Shown here piece by piece: positions 1 to 9,170 of a DNA stretch of 64,000 nt. The translations under genes were made by a program, and so were the position numbers. Within the stretch, counting starts at the first letter, position 1; each line of letters opens with the position of its first letter. The notes below the pieces were generated by a model that worked only from the letters and a program-made list of their open reading frames with translations, did not search any database and was not told where the DNA came from. This DNA is from an uncultured Actinomycetes bacterium (GTDB lineage: Bacteria > Actinomycetota > Acidimicrobiia > Acidimicrobiales > JACCXE01): positions 6,762 through 70,761 of the forward strand of contig CAVYNR010000007.1 in the NCBI GenBank assembly GCA_963769985.1, written 5' to 3'.

Positions 1-672
1 GTCGATGCTCATACGGCTGATGCGCTGCGTGTGATGCGAGCCTTCCTTCGCCATGTCGTTGGTGTCGACGATGCGCTCGACGCTCATGAACCGTCGACCG
101 GTCGGCGCGGCTTGCGCCATCAGGTCGTCGAAATACATGTCGGGACCGAGATACTGACCGTTGCCGCGCTCGTCGCCGCGGTTTTGGTGGATAAGCGCGG
201 CGTCCAATTCCAGCGCCGGCACCGCGACCAGTTCTTCGCCGTCGTCGTAGGGCGAGGTCACGGTCTTTAGTTTGGGGTTATCGCGGAACAGGTCACTGCC
301 GAGACCGACGCGCGTGGGCAGGAACGGAACCCGCCACGCCGCGGCCTGCAGCGCCAGCAGGAACATGCCTTCGTCGAGCGGTTCGTCTTCGATCGCTCCG
401 CTCTGACGCGCGGCGCGGAAGTGGGGCTCGAGCGGGATCGAGTCGAGCGACACGAAGGCGTAGATAACGCGCTTCACCTTGCCGGCCGCACAGAGCATGC
501 CGACATCCGGGCCGCCGTAGCTCACGATCGTCAGGTCCCTTAACGACGAGCGGGCGATCGCCCGCACCATCGACATGGGCTTTCGCCGCGAGCCCCATCC
601 CCCGATCGCGATCGTCATGCCGTCGCGTAACGACGCGACGACCTCGTCTTCGGTGGTGCGCTTGTCGCTCAC
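1..672 (-). CDS. ipdA: CoA-transferase alpha subunit (IpdA-like); 3' end runs off the window
   Basis: Hand translation of the reverse strand from GTG at 672 gives VSDKRTTEDEVVASLRDGMTIAIGGWGSRRKPMSMVRAIARSSLRDLTIVSYGGPDVG...TSPYDDGEELVAVPALELDAALIHQNRGDERGNGQY, an unbroken 224 codons. It matches my recollection of Rv3551 and lies directly downstream of echA20, as in M. tuberculosis. It is absent from the ORF track because no stop lies in the window. Confidence 0.85.
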   Translation of the reverse strand, partial: MSDKRTTEDEVVASLRDGMTIAIGGWGSRRKPMSMVRAIARSSLRDLTIVSYGGPDVGMLCAAGKVKRVIYAFVSLDSIPLEPHFRAARQSGAIEDEPLDEGMFLLALQAAAWRVPFLPTRVGLGSDLFRDNPKLKTVTSPYDDGEELVAVPALELDAALIHQNRGDERGNGQYLGPDMYFDDLMAQAAPTGRRFMSVERIVDTNDMAKEGSHHTQRISRMSID

Positions 673-685
673 TACTTCGAGCCCG

Positions 686-1444
686 TCACTTTGAAAACTT
701 GGCGTCGCGCTTTTCGACAAACGCATCGCGGGCTTCGTCGGCGACGCCCGACAAGTTGAGTTCGAACGTGAAGCCCTGCTCGTAGCGGTAGCTGCGCTTC
801 ACGTCGACCGGGTCGATCCCGTTGAGAGACGCCTTGGCGGCTCGGATGACCGTCGGACTCTTCGACGCGATCTGTTCGGCGACGTCGAGCGCAGCGGACC
901 GCAGGGCATCGGGCGACACGACCCGCAACACCGAACCGAAGGCGTGCAACTCTGCAGCGGTGGCGGTCGCGCTTGTGTAGACCATCGCCCGCATCTTGTG
1001 CTGCGGCACGAGGCGAGCGAGGTGCGTCGCCGCGCCGAGCGCGCCACGATCGACCTCGGGCAGACCGAAGGTCGCGTCGGTCGCCGCGATGACGACGTCG
1101 GCATTTCCCACCAGGCCGATGCCGCCGCCCAGGCAGAACCCGTTGACCGCCGCGATCACGGGAACCTCGCAGTCGTACACGGCAGCAAACGCAGCGAAGC
1201 AGCCCTTGTTCGCTCCAAGCAAGGCGTCGAAGCCGACGGTTGCCTGCATCTCCTTGATGTCGACGCCGGCGTTGAAGCCCCGGCCTTCCGCCCGCAACAC
1301 GACCACGTGCACGTCGGGATTCCGTCCCGCGGTGATCAGCTGATCGGCCAACTCGTACCACCCGGCGACGGTCAACGCGTTGACCGGCGGGTTGTCCATG
1401 ACGATCTCGGCGATGTGATCGGTGACCGTGGTGGAGATGCCCAT
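686..1444 (-). CDS. echA20: enoyl-CoA hydratase (EchA20-like crotonase)
   Basis: Intact ORF 686..1492 with crotonase motifs (RAEGRGFNAGVDIKE, FCLGGGIGLVGNADVVIA). I prefer the ATG at 1444 (MGISTTV) because AAGGAA lies 6 nt upstream. Synteny with ipdA supports the call. Confidence 0.85.
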   Translation of the reverse strand: MGISTTVTDHIAEIVMDNPPVNALTVAGWYELADQLITAGRNPDVHVVVLRAEGRGFNAGVDIKEMQATVGFDALLGANKGCFAAFAAVYDCEVPVIAAVNGFCLGGGIGLVGNADVVIAATDATFGLPEVDRGALGAATHLARLVPQHKMRAMVYTSATATAAELHAFGSVLRVVSPDALRSAALDVAEQIASKSPTVIRAAKASLNGIDPVDVKRSYRYEQGFTFELNLSGVADEARDAFVEKRDAKFSK

Positions 1445-1463
1445 AGATTCCTTGTTGTTAGTT

Positions 1464-1480
1464 TCTGATGCGTCGTCAGA
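1464..1480. promoter_or_regulatory. palindromic operator candidate TCTGATgcgtcGTCAGA (site 1 of 7)
   Basis: Lies in the divergent gap between echA20 (-) and the SDR at 1514 (+). One core mismatch. Preceded by the -10-like TAGTTT. Confidence 0.5.
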
Positions 1481-1513
1481 TTCCGTGAGCAAGGTAGCTC
1501 AGAAGGGGAATGC

Positions 1514-2254
1514 ATGGGCATTGCACTCGACATGAGCGGGCTGGTCGTGCTCGTGACCGGTGGTGCCCGCGGTGTTGGCCGCGGCATCAGCGACGTCTTC
1601 GCGTCCGCCGGCGCGACGGTCGTGATCTGTGGGCGCACCGAGCCCGAGGGCGGCCCGGAGTTCATCGCATGCGACGTACGCGAGCCGGAGCAGGTGGACG
1701 CGCTCGTGAGCACGATCGTCGACCGACATGGTCGGCTCGATGCCGTCGTCAACAACGCCGGCGGCTCGCCCGCGGCCGACGCCGCGACCGCCTCCCCCCG
1801 CTTCTCGGCGTCGATCATCGGACTGAACCTGTTGGGTCCGCTGCACGTGTCCCAGCGCGCCAACGCGGTTATGCAAGAACAGCCCGACGGCGGCGCGATC
1901 GTGAACGTGGGCAGCGTGAGCGCACTGCGGCCGTCGCCGGGAACCGCCGCCTATGCGGCGGCCAAGGGAGGCCTCATCAGCCTGACCCAGACGCTGGCGG
2001 TCGAGTGGGCGCCCAAGGTACGAGTGAACTTGGTGACCGGCGGCATCATCGCCACCGAGCAGTCCGAACTCTTCTACGGCGACGAGTCGCGGCAGGCCGC
2101 GATCGCAAAGACGATCCCCGCCGGGCGCATGGGCGAACCGCTCGACATCGCAAACGCGTGCGTGTTCCTCGCGTCTCCGTTGGCGAGCTATATCAGCGGC
2201 GCCAACCTCGTGGTGCACGGCGGCGGCGAACCGCCGCGCTACCTCGAAGCGTAG
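1514..2254 (+). CDS. short-chain dehydrogenase/reductase (Rv3549c-like position)
   Basis: Intact 246-aa ORF with VLVTGGARGVGRGI cofactor motif and YAAAKGG catalytic motif. Divergent from echA20. Confidence 0.85.
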   Translation: MGIALDMSGLVVLVTGGARGVGRGISDVFASAGATVVICGRTEPEGGPEFIACDVREPEQVDALVSTIVDRHGRLDAVVNNAGGSPAADAATASPRFSASIIGLNLLGPLHVSQRANAVMQEQPDGGAIVNVGSVSALRPSPGTAAYAAAKGGLISLTQTLAVEWAPKVRVNLVTGGIIATEQSELFYGDESRQAAIAKTIPAGRMGEPLDIANACVFLASPLASYISGANLVVHGGGEPPRYLEA

Positions 2255-3456
2255 GTATCCAACGCGCGCGCGGCGGCGCGCGGGCCATCGGCTCCCTGAA
2301 GTTCACGGGCCAAACTACCGGCACGCGCTCGAATCCCGGCGTCGTTGACGGCAGTGTGCAACCGTCCGACAAGCCTGGCGCGTGTCAGGCGCTTGGCCGG
2401 CAACGGCTTCGGACCCGCGCCCAGCTCGGCTATGCGTTTGCCGAAATAGAACTGGTCGGTGATGTGGGGCACGATCACCTGTGGCAATCCGACCCGCGCC
2501 GCCATCGCGGTGGTGCCCGCCCCGCCGTGGTGCACGATCACGGCCATGCGGGGCAGGAGACGCCGATGGTTGACTCCCGTCACCCAGTGAACGTTGTCGC
2601 CACTCGCACCGTTCCCCAGGCCACCCCAGCCCTGATCGAGCACCGCGCGCAGACCGCTCTCCTCCAAGGCTCCAACCACCAGCGACGTGCGCGCGTCTGG
2701 ATCGCCCGCGGGCATGCTCCCGAATCCGATGTAGACCGGCGGCGGCCCGGCCGTCAGAAACGCCTCGAGCCCTGCATCCAACGCGGCGCCATCATCTTCG
2801 AGCAGGCAGGCGCCGAGAGGTGACGTGCCGCGGTGGCGGGGGGCGACGATGGCTTGGTCGTAGAGACCGAGCACGAGTGGCGACGACGTGATGGACTCCA
2901 GGAGCCGTGTTGGACCGCTCTACGTCCCGCCCGCGAGTAGGTGTCCACGGCGACGTCGCGAAACAGCCGGTCGAAGACCGCGTTCTGCGCGCCCCACAAC
3001 ATCGCGTTGACGGCTCGACCGCCGCCGTGGAGCGGCACGAAGTGAGGCGGTAGTCCCGCCGCGCGCTCGTTCGTCAGGCGCGAACGACGCGTACACGTAG
3101 CGGATGCCCTGGCTGGCGCACAGAGGCGGCGCGAATAGCTGGAGGCCGGCGCCGACGACCACATCGACGTCGCGACACGCGGCATCGAGCGCGTCGAGCG
3201 CGATTCCCGCTGCTGGTCGAAGCTGTCGACCGGCGCGAAGAAGATCCCGGAGTCCACCGTCTAACCCGGTTGATAGATCCTGCGCGTCGACATCAATCGG
3301 CAGGAAGCGAATGCCTCGTCGCTCGAACACGTCACGAAAGTCGCGCGTCGTGCACGCGGTAACCTCCCAGCCCGCGGCCAGCAATTCGGTGCCGAGAACC
3401 GCCAGCGGCACGACGTCCCCCGTGCTGCCAATCGGAGCGAGCGCTACGCGCTTCAC
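2239..3456 (-). CDS. GT1-family (MGT/sterol-glucosyltransferase-like) glycosyltransferase, frameshifted in this assembly
   Basis: N-terminal fragment 2920..3456 (MKRVALAPIGSTGDVVPLAVLG...), middle piece in frame 2754..3257, C-terminal fragment 2239..2874 (VIVHHGGAGTTAMAARVGLPQVIVPHITDQFYFG, the UDP-sugar motif). At least two frame changes. The 3' end overlaps the convergent SDR by 16 nt. Confidence 0.7.
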
Positions 3457-3589
3457 CGCCAGCTCAGACGAGGCGCTGCGGCGCGGAAGCGTGCTGGGAG
3501 CCGTGCGAGCATCGACAACAACGGTAGACGGCCGCGTTCGACTTGCTGTCCGGCACCACGACGAACACGCGAGCCTCTAGCGTGCCGCC

Positions 3590-4506
3590 GTGATCCGTGT
3601 TGCCAACGTGTCGAAGCGGTATGGCGACACGACCGCGCTCTGCGAAGTTGACCTTGCGGTGGATGCCGGCGAGATCGTCACGCTTCTCGGGGCGAACGGT
3701 GCCGGCAAGACAAGTTTGCTTTCGCTCATCGCAGGGCTCCGCCGACCTGACGACGGAAACGTGACCATCGGTGACGCAGCCGGCGATCCCCGGTTGCCGT
3801 CGGTGCGAGCGATGCTCGGGTTCGCGCCGCAGGAACTTGGGATTTATCCCGGAATCAGCGTCGCGGCCAACATTCTCTTTTTTGCAGAACTCTCCGGCAT
3901 GCGCGGCCCACGCGCACGCATCCGCGTCGAGGAAACGGCCGCCGATCTCGGGCTCACCGACCTGCTGGCACGTCGAGCGGGTGGACTATCGGGTGGCGAG
4001 CGGCGCCGAGTGCACGTTGCTATGGCGCTCGTACACCGGCCGAGTGTGGTCGTGCTCGACGAACCAACCGCAGGCGTCGATGTTACGGCGCGCGGCGACC
4101 TGGTGAGCCTGGTTCGCGCGTCGCCGAGCGCGGCGCCACGGTCGTCTATTCGACGCACTACCTGGCGGAAGCTGAGGCTCTCAATGGGCGCGTTGCCGTG
4201 TTACATCGTGGTCGAAAGGTTGCCGACGCTCCGCTGCACGCGCTCACGCAGGGCCTGCCCGGTCGCGTGAAGCTGACGTTTGACGGTGGAGCGCCGATGC
4301 TGGCGCTCGACGCCGCGTTGTGCCCCACGCTCGACGGCAACGTGTTGACGATCAGTACCCCGGAACCGGAGCGTCATGCGGCCACGGTTCTCGCCGCCGC
4401 GGCGGGACACGTCGAACGTCTGCGCTCGGTCCGCATCCTGCCTGCCAGCCTCGAGGACGTCTACGTCGCGGCGACCGGTGAAGCGTTGGCCGAGGAGGGT
4501 CGATGA
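3590..4506 (+). CDS. ABC transporter ATP-binding protein (DrrA/ABC-2 exporter type), one frameshift near 4110
   Basis: Walker A GANGAGKTS, signature LSGGERRRV, Walker B VVVLDEPTAGVD in ORF 3590..4270. The sequence continues as ERGATVVYSTHYLAEAEAL...VLHRGRKVAD in ORF 4198..4506. Confidence 0.8.
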
Positions 4507-5300
4507 CCTCAGCCGTGAAACCGTCCCGCGCGCTCACGCGCTTGGTAGCGCTGTGGCGTCATGAGTCCCGGATCATCACTAGGCAGGCACCGCTGCTGAT
4601 CGCGTCGATCGTGATGCCACTCGTAGTCATGGTGTTCTTGCAGCCGACCTTTCGTGTCGCCTTGGAGAACGAGGGCTACACGAACGCCTCCGGCGCCGAG
4701 CAGGCCGTGCCAGGTGTCGCGGTGATGTTCTCGTTCTTCATCGTCGGCGTGGTCGCGGTTGCCTTCCTGCGCGAACACGGGTTCGGCACCTGGGATCGTC
4801 TCCGCGCGAGCCCGGCTGCTCCCTGGGAAATCATCATTGGCAAACTTGGCCTGTTGTCGATCGTGGCCGGTCTTCAACAGGGACTGCTCTTCATCATTGG
4901 CGTGATGGGTGCGGGACTCGTTATCCGCGGCAGTGTCGTAGCGCTGGCGCTAGTGGCCGCCGGTCTAGTGGCCTCAGTGCTAGGCCTCGGTGTCGCGGTC
5001 ATGGCGGTGTGCTCGACGCAGCAACAGATTGCGCTCGTCCAGACACTCGGCACGATGGCTTCCGCCGGCCTCAGCGGCTCCCTCACCCCCGCGTCGCTGA
5101 TGCCCGAGTTTGCGAGCGTCATCGGCCCTTGCCTGCCGGGCTATTGGGCCATGCGCGGCTACCGAGCCGTGCTACTCGATGGAGCGGGCGTCGCCGACGT
5201 TCTTGGGTCGGTCGGGATGTTGTTGGGATTCGCCGCGCTGTTTGGAGGCGTCGCGATTATCCGCTTCCGTTCAGAGGAACCGCGCGCGAGTTGGTGGTAG
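4503..5300 (+). CDS. ABC-2 type transporter permease
   Basis: Intact 265-aa ORF with about six hydrophobic segments. ATGA start/stop overlap with the ATPase gene. Confidence 0.8.
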   Translation: MTSAVKPSRALTRLVALWRHESRIITRQAPLLIASIVMPLVVMVFLQPTFRVALENEGYTNASGAEQAVPGVAVMFSFFIVGVVAVAFLREHGFGTWDRLRASPAAPWEIIIGKLGLLSIVAGLQQGLLFIIGVMGAGLVIRGSVVALALVAAGLVASVLGLGVAVMAVCSTQQQIALVQTLGTMASAGLSGSLTPASLMPEFASVIGPCLPGYWAMRGYRAVLLDGAGVADVLGSVGMLLGFAALFGGVAIIRFRSEEPRASWW

Positions 5301-5322
5301 GCGTAGCAAATATGAGCGGGCC

Positions 5323-6063
5323 GTGAGCGCGATCTACCGCGCGTTGGAGACGGTACGGGGACGGATCGATACCCATGTCGTGGCGCGGTCCTCGATGAAA
5401 TCGACTGGCCAGCGTCGGGAGGTGCTCGTTCTAGGCGACTCGCACGCCAAGGTCTTCGTGCAGCCGTTGTTCCGTGAGGAGTTTCCGAATCATTTCTTCG
5501 GCGTCGTCAGCGTGGGCGGCGCCACGATCTCAGGTCTCGATAATCCGAACTCCAAAACGAAGGCACTTCCCCTCTTCACGACATATATGGCGGCAAGACA
5601 GGCCGCGACCACGATCACGTTGCTCGGCGAGGTCGACGCAGGCTTTGTGCTCTGGTACCGCGCCAAGAAGGCCAACGTCTCGATCGAGACGATGTTGGAG
5701 CGCGCGGTCGAGAACTACGAAGCCTTCCTGCAGAAGGTGGGCGAACGCTCCCGCGTCGTGGTGATCAGCGCGCCGCTTCCAACCATTCCCGACGGCAGTC
5801 GTGCCGGCGTCGTAGCGAACGCCAGGAAGTCGGTCACTGCGAGTCAGCAAGAGCGAACCGATTTGACCCTGGCTTTCAACGGGCGAGTGCGCGACGTATG
5901 TCGCAAGCACGACTTCACCTTCGTGTCGCTCGACGCCGAGTCGGTGGGTCCTGACGGACTGGTGCGGCCTGACCTACTCGGCGGCAATCCGCGGGACCAC
6001 CACTACGACCGCGAGCGTTACGCAGCGCTTATCGCAGCGAAACTGCGAGAGGTGCTCGACTAG
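5323..6063 (+). CDS. hypothetical protein, SGNH/GDSL-hydrolase-like
   Basis: Intact frame. The VLVLGDSHAKVF block resembles the GDS(x) nucleophile motif. I chose the GTG at 5323, just after the permease stop; the ATG at 5395 is an alternative. Confidence 0.55.
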   Translation: MSAIYRALETVRGRIDTHVVARSSMKSTGQRREVLVLGDSHAKVFVQPLFREEFPNHFFGVVSVGGATISGLDNPNSKTKALPLFTTYMAARQAATTITLLGEVDAGFVLWYRAKKANVSIETMLERAVENYEAFLQKVGERSRVVVISAPLPTIPDGSRAGVVANARKSVTASQQERTDLTLAFNGRVRDVCRKHDFTFVSLDAESVGPDGLVRPDLLGGNPRDHHYDRERYAALIAAKLREVLD

Positions 6064-6064
6064 G

Positions 6065-7246
6065 TCAGTTCTCGTCCATGCCTCCGAGCACGTCGGTGTC
6101 GTAACCCCATTCTTCGAAGGCGAAGGCCCATTCAGATGCGATGCGGTCAGCGAGGGAACGTTCAAGACGAAAACGGCCAGGTTCATAACCCTGAATTTCA
6201 TTTAGGTGCTCTCGAAGCCGCGGTTCGAACGCAGCCCAGCCCCCCAAGCCGAGTTCTTCGTAGACCCGACGCAGGGTCGCTACGGGATCGGCAACCAGGT
6301 CTTCGTAACGAATCTCTGCGTACTGTCCGGCAGGAATCGACGCGCGTTGCACGATGTGTTCCTGCATCAGTTCGCGATAGGAGTGGTAGAAGAACTCGCG
6401 CAGCTGATCCTCGTCGTGCGGTGCGAGTTCCATGATGTGCGCACCCGCCTCGATCGCGTGCCAGGCGGACAGGTAGACCCCGTAGGGGTGGCGCACGATG
6501 TGCAGGAACGGCGCGTCTGGCCACCGCTTCTGAATGTGGAGCAGCCGTGCCGTGTTCCACGGATTTTTCGCGACCAGCCGCTTGCCGTCTGCCAGCCACG
6601 ACGCTTTCCGGAACACCTTCTCGCGTGTCCGTTCCCAGCGTTCGAGTTCTTTGGGGGCGAGGTCGCGCATGAGAGCCCACTTGTCGTAAAAGCGCTGAGC
6701 ATGACGGGGGAAGTAGAGGAACCCTGGCGTGCCCTTGCCGGAGAGGAGGAAGACCGAACCCTCCTCCTCCTCCGGTTCGTCGGGGTGGAACGCCATGTCG
6801 TCCATCGGACGTTTCTCGGGCCCCATCCCCCCTAACAATCGATCCGTCAGTGGGCGTCCAGTAGCGCACATCGCGGGAAAGATCGCTTGGCGAAAACGGA
6901 GAAAGCCGAATTGCTCATCACGCGCGAGCAGGCGGAACAACATCGTGGTTCCGGACCGAGCGTGACCTACTACGAAGAAGGGCGAGTGCTCGATTACGTG
7001 TTCGCGCAGAGAGCGGCGCGTCGCGACCGCCTCGACAAGACGGACCGGAGCAAGGGCCGACGTTGCTCCGAGCAGGATCGCCGCCCGCGGCCAGTTGTCG
7101 ATGCTGTCGCGGTTGCGCCAGAACAACCGCGCCAAGTTGGTAGTCGTACTCCCCGCCATGGGCGAGACGATGTCGTGTTGGATGCGTTGTCGAATCGATG
7201 CGAGTCTCGACTCGCTGGGTCCCAGACCAGCGCCAGGAGCCGTCAC
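6065..7246 (-). CDS. sulfotransferase family protein (copy 1)
   Basis: Intact. PAPS 5'-phosphosulfate loop FVVGHARSGTTMLFRLL and 3'-phosphate-type block IVRHPYGVYLS. The GTG at 7246 overlaps the upstream TGA (GTGA). Conservation with copy 2 begins just after this start. Confidence 0.8.
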   Translation of the reverse strand: MTAPGAGLGPSESRLASIRQRIQHDIVSPMAGSTTTNLARLFWRNRDSIDNWPRAAILLGATSALAPVRLVEAVATRRSLREHVIEHSPFFVVGHARSGTTMLFRLLARDEQFGFLRFRQAIFPAMCATGRPLTDRLLGGMGPEKRPMDDMAFHPDEPEEEEGSVFLLSGKGTPGFLYFPRHAQRFYDKWALMRDLAPKELERWERTREKVFRKASWLADGKRLVAKNPWNTARLLHIQKRWPDAPFLHIVRHPYGVYLSAWHAIEAGAHIMELAPHDEDQLREFFYHSYRELMQEHIVQRASIPAGQYAEIRYEDLVADPVATLRRVYEELGLGGWAAFEPRLREHLNEIQGYEPGRFRLERSLADRIASEWAFAFEEWGYDTDVLGGMDEN

Positions 7247-8397
7247 GACTCGTCGACGCCTGAGAACGCCCCGGGGTCGTAACCCCACTCGTCGAAGGCG
7301 AAGGCCCACTCCGAAGCAATTCGTTCCGCCATGTCAGCATCGAGACGAAACCGTCCGGGCTGATATCCCTCAATCTCGACCAGGTACGCCCGGAGCTTGG
7401 GCTCAAACGCCGGCCAGCCGCCAAGGTCGAGTTCCTCGTAGATGCGCCGGAGCGTCGCGACGGGATCGGTCACCAGATCTTCGTATCGAATCTCTGCGTA
7501 CTGGCCCGCAGGGACCAACGATCGTTGGGCAATATGGGCTTGCATCAGACTCCTGTACTCCCGAAAGAAGAACTCCCGGAGGTCGTTGTCGTCGTGGCTC
7601 GCGAGCTCCATGATGTGTGCACCCGCCTCGATCGCGTGCCACGCCGACAAATAGACCCCGTAGGGGTGTCGGACAATGTGGAGGATCGGCGCGTCCGGCC
7701 ACCGCTCGAGGATTTGCGGCAGCCACGCGGTATTCCACGGGTTCTTCGCGACTAAGCGCTTGCCGTCATCGAGCCAGGACGCCTTGCGGAATACGGCATC
7801 GCGGGTGCGTTCCCATCGCCGCTTTTCCCGAAGTGTCAAGCCCTGCATAAGCGCCCACTTGTCGAAATACCTTTCCGCGTTGCGAGGGAAGTAGAGGAAG
7901 CCTCCGATACCCGTTCCCGAAAGCTGGTCGAGAGATAGTTCCTCCTCGTCGGGCTGGTCCGGGTACACGTCCATATCATCCATGGGGCGTGTTGCAGGGC
8001 CCATCCCGGTTAAGAATCGGTCGGCCAACGGGCGGCCCGTTGCACACATGGCGGGGAAGATGGCCTGTCGAAACCTAAGGAAGCCGAACTGGTCGTCGCA
8101 GGCGAGAAGGCGAAAGAGCATCGTCGTACCCGAGCGGGCATGACCAACCACGAACAAGGGCGACTCTTGCATCACGTGTCTGCGAAGCGGGCGGTACGTC
8201 GCAATCGTCTCTGCTAGTCGTACCGGCGCCAGGACCGACGTCACGCCTAGTAGCAGTGCCGCCCGCGGCCAGTTATCGATGCTGTTGCGGTTCTGCCAAA
8301 ACATCCGAATGAGGTTCGTCGTCCGGGCGCCCGCCATTGGCGAAACGATGTCGTGTTCAATCCGGCGTCGGACAGACGCGATCGTCGGTCGGCTCAC
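7243..8397 (-). CDS. sulfotransferase family protein (copy 2, tandem paralogue)
   Basis: Intact, with the same motifs as copy 1. By eye roughly three quarters identical to copy 1. The GTG at 8397 overlaps the TGA of the upstream SDR (GTGA). Confidence 0.8.
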   Translation of the reverse strand: MSRPTIASVRRRIEHDIVSPMAGARTTNLIRMFWQNRNSIDNWPRAALLLGVTSVLAPVRLAETIATYRPLRRHVMQESPLFVVGHARSGTTMLFRLLACDDQFGFLRFRQAIFPAMCATGRPLADRFLTGMGPATRPMDDMDVYPDQPDEEELSLDQLSGTGIGGFLYFPRNAERYFDKWALMQGLTLREKRRWERTRDAVFRKASWLDDGKRLVAKNPWNTAWLPQILERWPDAPILHIVRHPYGVYLSAWHAIEAGAHIMELASHDDNDLREFFFREYRSLMQAHIAQRSLVPAGQYAEIRYEDLVTDPVATLRRIYEELDLGGWPAFEPKLRAYLVEIEGYQPGRFRLDADMAERIASEWAFAFDEWGYDPGAFSGVDES

Positions 8398-9170
8398 GGG
8401 TGTTGCGAGCTGACGGACAGAACCTCGCCCGTCATGTAGCTGGCGTAATCGCTCGCAAGGAAGATGATGACGTTGGCGACTTCCCACGGCTCAGCGGCGC
8501 GGCCGAAGGCCTCCTTCGCTGTGAGCTCTTCCAGCAGTTCCTCGGTCGTCACCTTCGACAAGAACTCGTGCATGGCGAGTGAAGGCGCGACCGCGTTGAC
8601 GCGCACGCCGAAGGGTGCGGCCTCGATGGCCGCCGAGCGGGTCAGCGCCATGACACCGGCCTTGGCCGCCGCGTAGTGCGCCTGGCCCGCCTGCGCGCGC
8701 CAACCGATGACCGACGCGTTGTTCACGATCGAACCCGACCCCCGTGCTGTCATGTGACGAAGGGCGGCGCGCGTGCAGCGCATCGTGCCGTTGAGCGTGA
8801 CGTCGACGACGGACGACCACTGCTCGTCGGTCATCTCCGCGAGATTCGCAGTACCGCCGAGGCCGGCATTGTTGACGGCCACGTCGATGCCGCCGTGCTG
8901 GCTGACGGCGGCGTCGAACAGCGCCTGCACTTGGGCTTCATCGGTAACGTCGCAGGCGACCGCGAGCGGGCGCGCGCCCATGATCGGTTCCAACGACTCG
9001 GCCGCTTCGTTGAGTCGGCGCTCGTGCCGGTCGCTCAGCACCACGACCGCGCCCTCTTCGGCGCAGCGCTTGGCCGTGGCAAACCCGATGCCGGTGCCGG
9101 CAGCGGCGGTGACCAGCACGATGCGATCACGCAGCAGGTTGTGACCCTCGACGTAGGGAGGCGAGGTCAC
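8394..9170 (-). CDS. short-chain dehydrogenase/reductase
   Basis: GTG at 9170 gives VTSPPYVEGHNLLRDRIVLVTAAAGTGIGFATAKRC...YAAAKAGV...; 258 codons, intact. Track ORF 8394..9503 is a chimera of this gene and the upstream gene's tail. Confidence 0.8.
   Translation of the reverse strand: MTSPPYVEGHNLLRDRIVLVTAAAGTGIGFATAKRCAEEGAVVVLSDRHERRLNEAAESLEPIMGARPLAVACDVTDEAQVQALFDAAVSQHGGIDVAVNNAGLGGTANLAEMTDEQWSSVVDVTLNGTMRCTRAALRHMTARGSGSIVNNASVIGWRAQAGQAHYAAAKAGVMALTRSAAIEAAPFGVRVNAVAPSLAMHEFLSKVTTEELLEELTAKEAFGRAAEPWEVANVIIFLASDYASYMTGEVLSVSSQHP

Noticed and set aside
1510-2823. Long Arg/Ala/Pro-rich ORFs on many strands and frames (for example 1510..2823 +, 41381..43456 -, 24576..25772 -, 43865..44818 +, 49172..50395 +)
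   Set aside because: These are typical high-GC shadow ORFs. They have low-complexity RRRP/AGRR composition and no recognisable motifs, and each overlaps a frame with clear homology.
5110-6063. Longest-ORF start at 5110 for the SGNH-like gene
   Set aside because: It would overlap the permease gene by 190 nt, and the extra residues are off-frame-looking (RASSALACRAIGPCAATEP). A GTG at 5323 just after the permease stop is preferred.
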